The translations under genes were made by a program, and so were the position numbers. Below the pieces are notes generated by a model that worked only from the letters and a program-made list of their open reading frames with translations, was not told the origin of the DNA and ran no database searches. Shown piece after piece: positions 1 through 9,414 of a stretch of DNA of 64,000 bases. Origin of the DNA: an uncultured Nitrospiraceae bacterium (GTDB lineage Bacteria > Nitrospirota > Nitrospiria > Nitrospirales > Nitrospiraceae); contig CAWJWJ010000002.1 of the NCBI GenBank assembly GCA_963846575.1, positions 1,888,001-1,952,000 of the forward strand. The letters are read 5' to 3'. The first letter of the stretch is position 1, and each line of letters begins with the position of its first letter.

Positions 1-1541
1 CCGGGGTTCATGACGTTCGCCGGATCGACCGTCTGCTTCACCTGCACGAACATCCGGTACAGATCCTCTCCGAACATCTTGCGGACATATTCGGCGCGTA
101 CCCGCCCGTCGCCATGTTCGCCGCAAATCGAGCCGTCGAAACGGGTGAGCACCGCCTGATGGATCTCATGGTACGCCTGTACCATCTTCTCGAAATCCTG
201 CCGGTCGTTCACATCGAGCAGCGGAACGATGTGGGCATTGCCGTTGCCGATGTGCCCGAAGATCGCCACGGGAACGTGCTGCCCTTCAAAGAAGGTTTCG
301 AGGTACCGGATCAATTCGCTGATGCGTTCGGCGCGCACCACGACATCGTCGACGAAATTGATGGGTTTCTTGCGCGGGTCGAACCGGTACAACGTCGGAT
401 AGAGGGCCTTTCGCGCCTTCCAAAGTTGATCCCGCTGGCCTTTGTCGTAGGCGACCGTGGGATCGGCACAGAGCTGATAGCGGCGGCAGATGGTGGCCAT
501 CCGCTCGGCCCGTTCCCGCAAATCGCTGTCGCCCTCGTGGCTGTCGAGTTCAGCCAACAGAGTCGCGGCGGCATCCCCGGGGATCCCGTGCGCGGAGCGC
601 CCGATCAGGTTGAGTGTATTCGCATCCATGACTTCCAGGGCGCTGGGCCGGAGGCTCAACAAATGCGGCACCGCGTCTCCCACGTCCTCCAGGCGGCGAA
701 AATGGATCAACGCGGTCAGGGTCCCCTGGGGTTTCGGCACTAACCGGAGAGTCGCCTCGCTCATGACGCCCAGAGTGCCCTCGCTGCCCACGAACAGCTT
801 GGGCAGATCGAAGAACCCCCGGCTCAATCCGTCAGCCAGTCCGAAGAGGTTGTAGCCGCAACTATTCTTGCTGACGGTCGGCCGTTTGCTCTCGATCAAG
901 CTGCGCTGTTGCCGCACCAGCTCGAGGGTCGGCTTCAGCGACGGATGGGTGGCGAGCGTCTGGTCCAATGCGGGATCGTCGAGTCCCAGCGGGGCGGCTG
1001 CCAGCCATGCGCCGGACGGGAGACAGACCCGAAGGGCTTGGACATTATCCTTGACCGCTCCATAGATCAGGGTGTGGGGGCCGGAGGAGTTATTGGCCAC
1101 CATCCCGCCGAGCTTGCACATGTCTCCGCTGGAGGGATCCGGACCGAACAGCAGCTGCCGCCGGCCGAGTTGCTTGTTCAGCTCCGCCAGGACGATGCCT
1201 GGTTGCACGCGCGCCCAGCGTTCCTCCTCGTTCACTTCGAGGATACGGTTCATCCTGGACACATCCAGGATGATGCCGGAGCCGATCGCCGAGCCCGTGA
1301 GATTGGTCCCGGCCGCGCGCGGGGTCAGTGGAATGCCCCGGGACACGGCGAATCGAACGACCGCATCGATGTCAGCCTCGGATTCCACAAGCACCACGGC
1401 CTGTGGCGTCATGCGATAGATGCTGGCATCGACGGCATAGGCCGTCAGCGTGGGAAAGTCGTTCTGGACCTTGGCCCGTCCGAGTAACTGCCGGAGGTCG
1501 CTGACGACGGCGGAGGATTTGTCAGGAAGAATGAGGGTCAT
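1..1541 (-). CDS. FAD-binding oxidoreductase (GlcD/D-lactate dehydrogenase-like FAD-linked oxidase), 3' end runs off the window
   Basis: Not in the ORF track because it is open at the edge. Manual translation from ATG 1541 gives MTLILPDKSS...AYAVDASIYRMTPQAVV...PRAAGTNLTGSAIG (FAD-binding PCMH-type motif), and near position 1 ...GEHGDGRVRAEY...DPANVMNP (FAD-oxidase C-terminal motif). Confidence 0.9.
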   Translation of the reverse strand, partial: MTLILPDKSSAVVSDLRQLLGRAKVQNDFPTLTAYAVDASIYRMTPQAVVLVESEADIDAVVRFAVSRGIPLTPRAAGTNLTGSAIGSGIILDVSRMNRILEVNEEERWARVQPGIVLAELNKQLGRRQLLFGPDPSSGDMCKLGGMVANNSSGPHTLIYGAVKDNVQALRVCLPSGAWLAAAPLGLDDPALDQTLATHPSLKPTLELVRQQRSLIESKRPTVSKNSCGYNLFGLADGLSRGFFDLPKLFVGSEGTLGVMSEATLRLVPKPQGTLTALIHFRRLEDVGDAVPHLLSLRPSALEVMDANTLNLIGRSAHGIPGDAAATLLAELDSHEGDSDLRERAERMATICRRYQLCADPTVAYDKGQRDQLWKARKALYPTLYRFDPRKKPINFVDDVVVRAERISELIRYLETFFEGQHVPVAIFGHIGNGNAHIVPLLDVNDRQDFEKMVQAYHEIHQAVLTRFDGSICGEHGDGRVRAEYVRKMFGEDLYRMFVQVKQTVDPANVMNP

Positions 1542-1564
1542 GCTCGTGATTGCGCTGTCACATT

Positions 1565-1590
1565 CTAGCAGGATGTTGAAAAAGTCCGCC
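1565..1590 (+). repeat. Possible single terminal end of a MITE-like/IS-derived intergenic repeat
   Basis: CTAG followed by CAGGATGTTGAAAAAGTCCGCC. This resembles IS terminal inverted repeats and a dispersed repeat I recall from Nitrospira genomes. The partner end is not visible. Confidence 0.4.
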
Positions 1591-1716
1591 ACCTTTGTTC
1601 TTGGGTCACCTCAATACCGTGACAGGGCGATGGCGCCTTCGATCGCCAGACTCAGGGCCGGGGAGTTGTTGACTGCGGGGGGATTCGCTAAGATGCACGG
1701 AGCCACGCGAGGCTCC

Positions 1717-2685
1717 ATGTCACGTCCGACTCTGTATATCTCCCGCCTCCTGCCAGATCCGGTCATGACCGCCGCACACCACCAGTTCGACGTCGTCAAC
1801 GAACCTCGCGATGCCTCCCCCTCATGGGATGCGATGAAAGCCGGACTTCGTGACGCGGAGGCCGGCATTTCCACCCTCACAGACCTGATCGATGCCGCCA
1901 TGCTGGCCGATGCGACTCGACTGAAGGTGCTGGCGAATTATGCGGTGGGATACAACAATATCGATCTCGCCGCAGCCACCCGACAGGGCATCATCATCAC
2001 CAACACCCCCGACGTGCTGACCGAATCGACAGCGGATCTTACCTGGGCCTTGATGCTGGCCGTCGCGCGGCGTGTGGCGGAGGGCGACGCGTACGTGCGA
2101 TCCGGGGCCTGGCCGGGGTGGGCTCCGACGCAAATGCTGGGAGCGGATGTCTCAGGCAAGATCCTGGGGATTGTCGGCATGGGACGGATCGGCGAGGCGG
2201 TGGCGCGCCGTGCGGCCGGGTTCAACATGCGCGTCTGTTACAGTTCGCGTTCGGTGCGCACTCCTGAACAACCGGCCGTCGGGGAACGGCGCGCGTTTCA
2301 GGACGTCCTCCGCGAGTCCGATTTCCTGTCCCTGCATGTGCCGCTCACCGCCGACACTCACCACCTGATCGGTCCGGACCAACTGGCCCTCATGAAACCG
2401 ACGGCATTCTTGATCAACAGCTCCCGCGGCCCGGTCGTGGACGAGGCCGCGCTAGTCAGCGCCTTAGTGCATCGCCGACTTGCCGGCGCCGGCCTCGATG
2501 TGTTCGAGCAGGAACCGGCCTTTCATCCCAGCTTGCGAGAACTGCGTCAGGTGGTGCTGCTGCCGCATCTCGGTTCCGCCACCCTCGCCACGCGGGTGCG
2601 GATGGGACTGATCTGTCTGGAGAATATCGCTGCCGTGTGTGCGGGTCAGCAGGCGCCTAATCAGATCCGGCTTACGGAGGGATGA
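1717..2685 (+). CDS. D-isomer-specific 2-hydroxyacid dehydrogenase (glyoxylate/hydroxypyruvate reductase, D-glycerate dehydrogenase)
   Basis: Motifs AVGYNNID, TNTPDVLT, GIVGMGRIG, NSSRG, LDVFEQEP and LPHLGSAT. Start trimmed to MSRPTLYISR (ATG 1717). Confidence 0.93.
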   Translation: MSRPTLYISRLLPDPVMTAAHHQFDVVNEPRDASPSWDAMKAGLRDAEAGISTLTDLIDAAMLADATRLKVLANYAVGYNNIDLAAATRQGIIITNTPDVLTESTADLTWALMLAVARRVAEGDAYVRSGAWPGWAPTQMLGADVSGKILGIVGMGRIGEAVARRAAGFNMRVCYSSRSVRTPEQPAVGERRAFQDVLRESDFLSLHVPLTADTHHLIGPDQLALMKPTAFLINSSRGPVVDEAALVSALVHRRLAGAGLDVFEQEPAFHPSLRELRQVVLLPHLGSATLATRVRMGLICLENIAAVCAGQQAPNQIRLTEG

Positions 2686-2747
2686 CATCGAAGACGCAGC
2701 ACTGGATCGCACACGACGGCAGAACAGCCCAAAAAAGGAAGAGGAGA

Positions 2748-4658
2748 CTAGCGGCCCGCGAGCGGTACGGCAATGGGCAACCTAGCAGCGGATTCGTGCT
2801 CCCCGTTCCCGTTGGTACCAAGGTTATGCAAGGTCTCCAGACGGCGGGGAACATCATGAAACGAGGGGATGGATTGATACATGGCGATGGCCCGCTCACG
2901 CGAGCCCGTTCTTTCGTACAGCAGTCCGAGTTCGTACCGCACGAGTTGGGCGTTTCCGCCTCGGCAGCGTGAATCCAAACTGAGTTTTTCGAGCAACTGG
3001 ATCGACTGGTCGGACTGACCTTGCTCTTTGAGACACAGCCCCATCATCAGACAGGAATCGACAAAGAAGCCGGAATCCTTCAGGGAGTGGGCGAACTCTT
3101 CCTTTGCCTCTTCCCATAACCCCATGTCCTTGTAGGCCATGCCCAACGCATAGCGGGTTTCTGCATCCACGCTGTCAGCGGGCGGCTCAGGAGCGCCGTG
3201 CTGGGCAGGAGCCGCAGCGACCTCCGTGATGGGTGCCGGATCGGCCGCCGGTGCGTCTACGGCCATAAGCGGGACAACCGTTTCAGCTGGCGGCGGGACC
3301 ACGGTCGGTTGCGAGATCGCAGCGGCGGGCTCGGTCGATGACTGCATAAGCCTGAAGGAGTGTTCATCGACCGGATTCGCGACTGTCGGTGTCGACAGAG
3401 GCTCCGGCGCCAACGATTCAGCCGAAACGATCGCGGGCTCAGCCGTCTCCTCCAGAATCGCCGGGGAGTCGGCCTCCGCATTGGGGTCAAACGCGGGCGC
3501 CAGCTTGCGGGCGATGGCACTTCCCGGAGCCAACGCCTGGACCTTCTCGAAGAGTTCAGCCGGAAGGGTCGGCATTCCCGGTTCCGGATGTTCCAACAGG
3601 ATCTCCACGGCTCTGCCGAAGTGCTGGGCTGCGGTGGCTGGATCACCCTTTTCCTGGTACAGCTCACCGAGCAGTTCCAACATCGGTACCGATGCCGGTT
3701 CAATCTTCAAATATTCGGTAATGAGCGTTTCGGCCATCGGATAGTCCTGCGCGCGCAACGCTCCTCCGGCGAGGAATCGATATTCTCCGAGGGCCACCTG
3801 AAGATTGCCTTGAAGAAGATGGAGACGCGCGAGGAGCTGGCAGATCTCAGGGTTTCCCGGCTCCCGACTTAGGAGTTGCGTGAGCATGGCTTCGGCACCC
3901 GCATATTGCCCCTCTTCGATCCGGCGGGTGGCCTCGGCCATCAAGTCGCTGCCCTCTCCTGCCTTGACCGTTGCCGAAACCGGCTTGGCGGCACGAGACA
4001 AATTCACGGGCGCCCCTCCGCCCGCCTCAATCATCCCGATGATTTCCTGGGCTTCGGCATTTACGGGGTCCAGGCGAAGTACTGCCGCATAGGCCTCTTT
4101 TGCTTCACTGTAGCGCTGTGAAGCCGATTGTTCGCGACCCAGCTGGAGATACATTCGAATGGCTTCATCAACCTGGTTTTCTTGAACGCAGAGTTCGGCC
4201 ACCCTTTGTTGCGCATCCAGGTTGGACGGATCCTGGGACACAATCTTTCGATAGAGGTCAAGGGCATCTTTGCTCCGGCCCTCTTTCAAATAATGTTTGC
4301 CTAATGTGAGGTAATCCTGAACGGCGCTGCTCAACAACCCTCGCTCCGCATTCAAATCGCCGAGGTGGCGGTAGACATCCATCCGCGCAGGGTCGACCTT
4401 AAGAATTTTCTTATAGGCGGCGATCGCCTTGAGGACGGACCCTTCGGCCCGGAATGCGGTGGCGGCTTGAAGAAAGGCCATGACGGCCTCCCCGTTGGCA
4501 TTGCGCCTCAGGTGGAGATCGCCGATGGAGTTGAAAATCGTGCCGTCGGCGGGGGAGTCGGTGGTCAGCTTCCGCCATTCGGTGATCGCAGCGTCGTACT
4601 GGCCTTTGGAGGCGAATAATTGGGCGTTCTGCAGAACCGTTCGACGATCAACAGCCAA
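2748..4658 (-). CDS. Tetratricopeptide-repeat protein, SgmX-like
   Basis: Many N-terminal TPRs, a Pro/Ala/Glu-rich linker and a C-terminal TPR cluster DAETRYALGMAYKDMGLWEEAKEEF. TTG start. Confidence 0.85.
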   Translation of the reverse strand: MAVDRRTVLQNAQLFASKGQYDAAITEWRKLTTDSPADGTIFNSIGDLHLRRNANGEAVMAFLQAATAFRAEGSVLKAIAAYKKILKVDPARMDVYRHLGDLNAERGLLSSAVQDYLTLGKHYLKEGRSKDALDLYRKIVSQDPSNLDAQQRVAELCVQENQVDEAIRMYLQLGREQSASQRYSEAKEAYAAVLRLDPVNAEAQEIIGMIEAGGGAPVNLSRAAKPVSATVKAGEGSDLMAEATRRIEEGQYAGAEAMLTQLLSREPGNPEICQLLARLHLLQGNLQVALGEYRFLAGGALRAQDYPMAETLITEYLKIEPASVPMLELLGELYQEKGDPATAAQHFGRAVEILLEHPEPGMPTLPAELFEKVQALAPGSAIARKLAPAFDPNAEADSPAILEETAEPAIVSAESLAPEPLSTPTVANPVDEHSFRLMQSSTEPAAAISQPTVVPPPAETVVPLMAVDAPAADPAPITEVAAAPAQHGAPEPPADSVDAETRYALGMAYKDMGLWEEAKEEFAHSLKDSGFFVDSCLMMGLCLKEQGQSDQSIQLLEKLSLDSRCRGGNAQLVRYELGLLYERTGSRERAIAMYQSIPSFHDVPRRLETLHNLGTNGNGEHESAARLPIAVPLAGR

Positions 4659-4781
4659 GAAGACTCCTCACCCCGATGTTGAGAGTCAACGCTAACAGTC
4701 TGCCTATTCTTTGTCAAACAAATGGGGAAAAGCCCGACACCGGAAATGCAGCATCCAGCGCGGGGTTCAGCGAAGAAACGC

Positions 4782-4814
4782 CCGCGGCCCTTCGATGCAA
4801 CAGAGGGGCCGCGG
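4782..4814 (-). terminator. Intrinsic terminator after the cold-shock gene
   Basis: Stem CCGCGGCCC...GGGCCGCGG, followed on the minus strand by GCGTTTCTTC. Confidence 0.7.
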
Positions 4815-4834
4815 ATGTGTGTAGCCTGGGCTGT

Positions 4835-5053
4835 CTAAGAAGCCGGTGCAAGATCCTTCAGGACGTTCGCCGCCTGCGGGCCCTTGGCCCCCTGCACGAT
4901 ATCGAATTCGACGTTCTCGCCCTCTTTCAATGTCTTGAAACCATCTCCCTGGAGGGCGGAGTAGTGAACGAATACGTCATCACCGCCATCGAGCCGAATA
5001 AATCCGAACCCCTTACGATCGTTGAACCATTTCACTGTCCCTTTAGTCTTCAC
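4835..5053 (-). CDS. cspA: Cold-shock protein (CspA family)
   Basis: [16 protein letters not shown] (RNP-1), DVFVHYSAL (RNP-2) and GPQAANV. GTG start with an AGGAGG RBS. Confidence 0.97.
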   Translation of the reverse strand: MKTKGTVKWFNDRKGFGFIRLDGGDDVFVHYSALQGDGFKTLKEGENVEFDIVQGAKGPQAANVLKDLAPAS

Positions 5054-5223
5054 ACGGTCCTCCTTTCCTTAACGCACAACTATATTGAGCGCGTCAGCTC
5101 GTCTGCTGATTCGCATGGAATGATGACGATAAAAGGAGAGATAACGGCGCGCGCGGCGGCATTTGCGGGGAGTTCAAACAATCTTCAACCCGACCCATCA
5201 TGACCTACTGAAAAGTGCGCAGC

Positions 5224-5252
5224 GATGTACCATGGGGTGAAAATCTTGTCAA
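5224..5252 (-). promoter_or_regulatory. Sigma70-type promoter for the cold-shock gene, giving a long (~160 nt) 5' UTR typical of csp genes
   Basis: Minus strand TTGACA-N17-TACATC with an extended -10 TG. Confidence 0.55.
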
Positions 5253-5284
5253 GCGGATAGTTTAAGGAAATGCCATCTCAGCTG

Positions 5285-5313
5285 TTTACAAGCCCCTCGG
5301 ACTCTTCTATAGT
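5285..5313 (+). promoter_or_regulatory. Sigma70-type promoter for lptFG
   Basis: TTTACA-N17-TATAGT, about 40 bp upstream of the lptF start. Confidence 0.6.
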
Positions 5314-5354
5314 GCGGACACTGTAGACTCCGATGTAGGACCTCGACCGCCCTC

Positions 5355-6440
5355 GTGCTACGCACCATCCTCGATCGCTATATTTTTCGTGAGCTCCTGT
5401 CTCCGTTTTGCATCAGTTTGGCCGCGCTCTGCTTCGTGATGCTCACCAAGGAGCTCCTCCGGCTGGTAGAACTGCTGGTGACGAAGGGGGTCGGTTTTCT
5501 CTCGGTGCTCAAAGTGTTCGCCCATCTACTCCCCTCGTTTCTGGTTCTGACCCTTCCCATCGCGGGCATCATCGCCTCCATTACGGCCTTCGGTCGCTTG
5601 TCCCTCGACAAGGAACTCGTGGCGATGCGCGCCGCCGGATTCAGCCTGTTGCGGCTCTCCCACTCCGTCTTTCTTTTCGCGGCGCTGGTCTGCGGTCTGA
5701 CCATGATGATGGCGCAGTGGGGACAGCCCTGGAGCAATGTGAATCTCAAGAAAGTGGCGCTCAACCTCTTGCGCGACGAACTGGTGCTGGAGCTCGATCG
5801 GGGCGTCTTTAATGAGGCCATTCCTAAAATGGTGATTTATGTGCCCGATGCCCGGGAGGGACAGGATACGAAAGGCATTTTCGTGGCCGACGAGCGGAAT
5901 CCCGCCGACCCCCGGATCATCGTCGCGCAACAGTACCGGGTCATGACCGACCCGGTGAGTAGCCAGGTGGCGCTCCGCCTTGAGAACGGCGTCATCCATA
6001 GCCGGCCTCAAAACGCCCAGGAGTATCAAAAAATTTCCTTTACCTCCTACGACCTCAAGCTCAGCGTCAGCACAAGCCTCTACGGCGCGGAGGAACGCAC
6101 CCCCGTGGAGGTGATTCGAGCCAAACTCGACAGCTCCGGCTGGACAGATACCAACGCCCTGCGTCGCTTGATGGAATATTACAAGGATTTGGCCTTCCCG
6201 GCGGCCTCCCTCGTGTTCTGCATTCTGGGTGTGCCCGTCGGCATCGTGTCGAAACGCTCGGGCAGCATCGGTGGGTTTGCGGTCGGCGTGATGGTAGTGA
6301 TCGTGTACTATGTCCTCAATGTCGCCTGCGAATTTCTGGTCACCACTCTCTGGATACCGCCCTTCGCCGGCGCCTGGTTACCCAACGTGATTTTTGCACT
6401 CATTACAATCGTCTGGTTTTATCGCGTGAGTCGGCAGTAG
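5355..6440 (+). CDS. lptF: LPS export ABC transporter permease LptF
   Basis: ILDRYIFRE N-terminus, GRLSLDKELVAMRAAG, a 3+3 TM layout with periplasmic domain, and a WLPN C-terminal motif. Tandem with lptG. Confidence 0.92.
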   Translation: MLRTILDRYIFRELLSPFCISLAALCFVMLTKELLRLVELLVTKGVGFLSVLKVFAHLLPSFLVLTLPIAGIIASITAFGRLSLDKELVAMRAAGFSLLRLSHSVFLFAALVCGLTMMMAQWGQPWSNVNLKKVALNLLRDELVLELDRGVFNEAIPKMVIYVPDAREGQDTKGIFVADERNPADPRIIVAQQYRVMTDPVSSQVALRLENGVIHSRPQNAQEYQKISFTSYDLKLSVSTSLYGAEERTPVEVIRAKLDSSGWTDTNALRRLMEYYKDLAFPAASLVFCILGVPVGIVSKRSGSIGGFAVGVMVVIVYYVLNVACEFLVTTLWIPPFAGAWLPNVIFALITIVWFYRVSRQ

Positions 6441-6444
6441 CCCC

Positions 6445-7536
6445 ATGAGCATTCTCTTTCGATACATGCTGCGCGAGTACGTGAAGATCTTCGGCATGTG
6501 CTTCTCCGGGCTCATGACGATTTATCTCGTCATTGACTTCTTCGAGAAGGTCCGCCGGTTTCTCCGCTACGACGCCCATGTGTTGGATGTGTTGACCTAC
6601 TTCGTGCTCAAGATGCCTGCCATTTCCTACCAGATCGCGCCGCTGGCCGTCCTGATGGCCACCCTGCTCACCATCGGCCTTTTGTCGCGCAGCCACGAAA
6701 TCACCGCGATGCGCAGCTGCGGCATCAGCCTTTATTGGATTACATCCCCGTTCCTGTTTTTTGGCACCGTGCTGGCGCTGATCTTGTTCCTCTTCAGCTC
6801 CACGGTCATCCCCCTGGCGCTCGCACGTGCAGAACAGATCAAAACCACGCAGATCGAAAAACGGCCGGCTCCGGTATCGCTGAAAGCCACCCAACCCTGG
6901 GTGAGTCTCGGCGGTCAGATCCTGATGAACATCGACAGTATTGAACCGGGGGGCGCGGTCTTGCGGAAAGTGCGGCTCTATCGTCTGAGCCCCACCTTCG
7001 AATTGCAGCAGATCGAAGAAGCTCAGCGGGCGGTTTACTCTCCCCAAGGCTGGGCCTTGAAGGACGGCATCAAACGAACCTTTCGATCCGACGGGGTCGT
7101 CTCCGTGACCACATTTGACACGGAGCCCCTCCCCCTGGCGCAGATTCCGGATGACTTCACCACCTGGCTGGAGTTGGATTCCGAAACGATGACCCTCACG
7201 GACATCCGCGCCTACGTCGATCGCCTGCAATTGAGCGGCACACTCCTGCCTCGGCTGCTGACGGATTATTACGGTCGGATCGCCTTTCCCTGCGTCACCT
7301 TCATCATGGTGGTGGTCGGCATCGCGTTGAGCCTTCGCCGAACCGGCGTGCGCGGCAGCGGGATGGCGATGGGTATCGGTCAGGCGATGGCCGTCGGATT
7401 TTTTTACTGGTCCACCCACTCCGTTGCAATCGCCCTCGGCCGCGGCGGCGCCCTCTCCCCGATGCTGGCTGGATGGATGGCCAATCTGGTGTTCCTGACC
7501 TTCGGCTGTTACCTCCTGCTGAAGGTGCGTTACTAA
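6445..7536 (+). CDS. lptG: LPS export ABC transporter permease LptG
   Basis: LSRSHEITAMRSCGIS, a 3+3 TM layout and LSPMLAGWMAN. Confidence 0.92.
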   Translation: MSILFRYMLREYVKIFGMCFSGLMTIYLVIDFFEKVRRFLRYDAHVLDVLTYFVLKMPAISYQIAPLAVLMATLLTIGLLSRSHEITAMRSCGISLYWITSPFLFFGTVLALILFLFSSTVIPLALARAEQIKTTQIEKRPAPVSLKATQPWVSLGGQILMNIDSIEPGGAVLRKVRLYRLSPTFELQQIEEAQRAVYSPQGWALKDGIKRTFRSDGVVSVTTFDTEPLPLAQIPDDFTTWLELDSETMTLTDIRAYVDRLQLSGTLLPRLLTDYYGRIAFPCVTFIMVVVGIALSLRRTGVRGSGMAMGIGQAMAVGFFYWSTHSVAIALGRGGALSPMLAGWMANLVFLTFGCYLLLKVRY

Positions 7537-7786
7537 ACACATGGTGAACCGGCCGCTGTCATCGCTCTCGAATCGATCCGCTGCTCAACGGTGCGCCATG
7601 GAAGGCCCGGTCATCCCGACAGGCCCGGTGCAATCATCGTCCCGCATACCGGCCCGCCATGAGTTGAACGACCGTATGGCGGCGTGGATCTCGCGAGCAT
7701 GACTGCGTACAGCATTGACTGTGGCGCCACCTTCGGGTAAGTAGACAGGCCGCACGTTCAACGGAGGACAGCAACAAACCGTCGTT

Positions 7787-9043
7787 ATGCCAACACGAGT
7801 CGTCATCACAGGTCTCGGAGTCGTTTCACCCATCGGCATTGGTGTGCCTCAGTTCTGGAAGGCGGCACTCGAGGGACAATCCGGCATCTCCGCCATTACC
7901 TCCTTCGACCCCTTCCCTCTGGAAGGGTACCGCTCCCGTGTCGCCGGAAGAATTCAGGATTTCTCACCCGATCAGTATCTTCCGGCCGGTCAGGGAGACC
8001 GGGTCGACCGTTACGCTCAATTCGCCCTCGTAGCCGCCAAAGAAGCACTCGCGGATGCCCGGTTTCAGATGGAGCGGGAAGAGCCTCATCGGGTGGGGGT
8101 CATCGTCGGGGCAGGAATGGGCGGCATGGTCATGGGCGAGCGGGAGATCACCCAACTTTACGAGCAGAAGCGGCCGCACCGGGTACATCCGAATTTTATT
8201 CCCGTGATCACGTTGAATTCCGCCTCGGGCATTGTGGCGATGGCATACGGAGCCAAAGGTCCGAACTTCACTATTTCGACTGCCTGTTCGTCGAGTGCCC
8301 ATGCCCTGGGCCAGGCCATGAACTGCATTCGCGCCGGTACGGCGGACGCGGTGATCGTGGTCGGTGCCGATGCCAGTATTACGCCTCTCGTCTTTGCCGG
8401 ATTTTGCTCGCTTCGTGCCCTGTCGACCAAGTATAACGATGCGCCGCAACGGGCCTCACGCCCGTTTGACCGGGACCGTGACGGGTTCGTCATGGGTGAA
8501 GGCGCCGGGGCTTTGATTCTTGAATCCCTGGCCCATGCGAAAAAACGCAAGGCCCGGATGTATGCGGAAGTGGCAGGTTATGCGGCCACCAGCGAAGCCC
8601 ATCACATGGTGATTCCACGGGAAGATGGGGTGGAGGTGGCCACCACCATGCGCATGGCCTTGAAGGATGCGGGCGTGACGCCCGCGCAGGTCGACTATAT
8701 TAATGCCCATGCCACCTCCACAACGGTGGGCGATGCGGTCGAGGTCAAGGCGATTCGTCTGCTGTTCAAGTCGCGCGCAGACAAACTCGCCGTGAGCGCG
8801 ACCAAGTCTCTCGTCGGCCATACGCTGGGAGCGGCCGGATCCCTCGCGGGCATCGTATCGGCCTTGACGCTTGATAGCGGGCAGATCCATCCGACGCTCA
8901 ATCTCGACGATCCGGATCCTGCCTGCAGTCTCGCGGGACTGTCCCGGCATCCGCAATTCAAAAAAGCTAAAGTCGCGCTGGTCAATGCTTTTGGATTCGG
9001 CAGCAACAATGCGGCGGTCGTCTTGAAAAAAGTATCGCCCTGA
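7787..9043 (+). CDS. fabF: Beta-ketoacyl-ACP synthase II (FabF family)
   Basis: RVVITGLG; Cys-His-His catalytic motifs TACSSS, NAHATST and GHTLGAAG; RDGFVMGEGAG; NAFGFG. Confidence 0.93.
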   Translation: MPTRVVITGLGVVSPIGIGVPQFWKAALEGQSGISAITSFDPFPLEGYRSRVAGRIQDFSPDQYLPAGQGDRVDRYAQFALVAAKEALADARFQMEREEPHRVGVIVGAGMGGMVMGEREITQLYEQKRPHRVHPNFIPVITLNSASGIVAMAYGAKGPNFTISTACSSSAHALGQAMNCIRAGTADAVIVVGADASITPLVFAGFCSLRALSTKYNDAPQRASRPFDRDRDGFVMGEGAGALILESLAHAKKRKARMYAEVAGYAATSEAHHMVIPREDGVEVATTMRMALKDAGVTPAQVDYINAHATSTTVGDAVEVKAIRLLFKSRADKLAVSATKSLVGHTLGAAGSLAGIVSALTLDSGQIHPTLNLDDPDPACSLAGLSRHPQFKKAKVALVNAFGFGSNNAAVVLKKVSP

Positions 9044-9104
9044 CTCAGGTGGGACAACCACGCTCTGGGATCCCGACGTGGGAATGAGGAACCAAGGAAC
9101 GGTT

Positions 9105-9410
9105 ATGGCCAAGACGACAGAGGTGTCCGAGAAAATCATTCAGGCGCTGGCTGAATACCTGAAACGGGACGCGGCATCGATCCATTCGAGCCATCATCTG
9201 CGTGAAGATCTGGGATTGGATTCGATGGCGGTGATTGAAATGCTGTATCGGATCGAGGAGGTCTTCAATCTCCAGATTCCCGACGAGGATCTTCTCGGGC
9301 TGACCACCGTGGGGCAGGTCGCCGCCTATGTTCAGAACCGCGTCGCCCCCTCCCCCGCTATTGCGAAGAAACCCGCGCCGAAACGGTCGTCCAAAGGGAA
9401 GAAGGCCTAA
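9105..9410 (+). CDS. Acyl carrier protein with a basic, Lys-rich C-terminal tail
   Basis: DLGLDSM phosphopantetheine motif, [13 protein letters not shown] and tail [18 protein letters not shown] 9105 follows an AAGGA RBS. Confidence 0.9.
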   Translation: MAKTTEVSEKIIQALAEYLKRDAASIHSSHHLREDLGLDSMAVIEMLYRIEEVFNLQIPDEDLLGLTTVGQVAAYVQNRVAPSPAIAKKPAPKRSSKGKKA

Positions 9411-9414
9411 AAGG

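Noticed and set aside
114..1487. Plus-strand ORFs of 209, 192 and 121 aa
   Set aside because: They are antisense shadows of the minus-strand FAD oxidase, which the ORF track missed because it is open at the window edge.
6403..7542. 379-aa minus-strand ORF
   Set aside because: It lies antisense to lptG over its whole length with no recognisable motifs, a typical high-GC shadow ORF.
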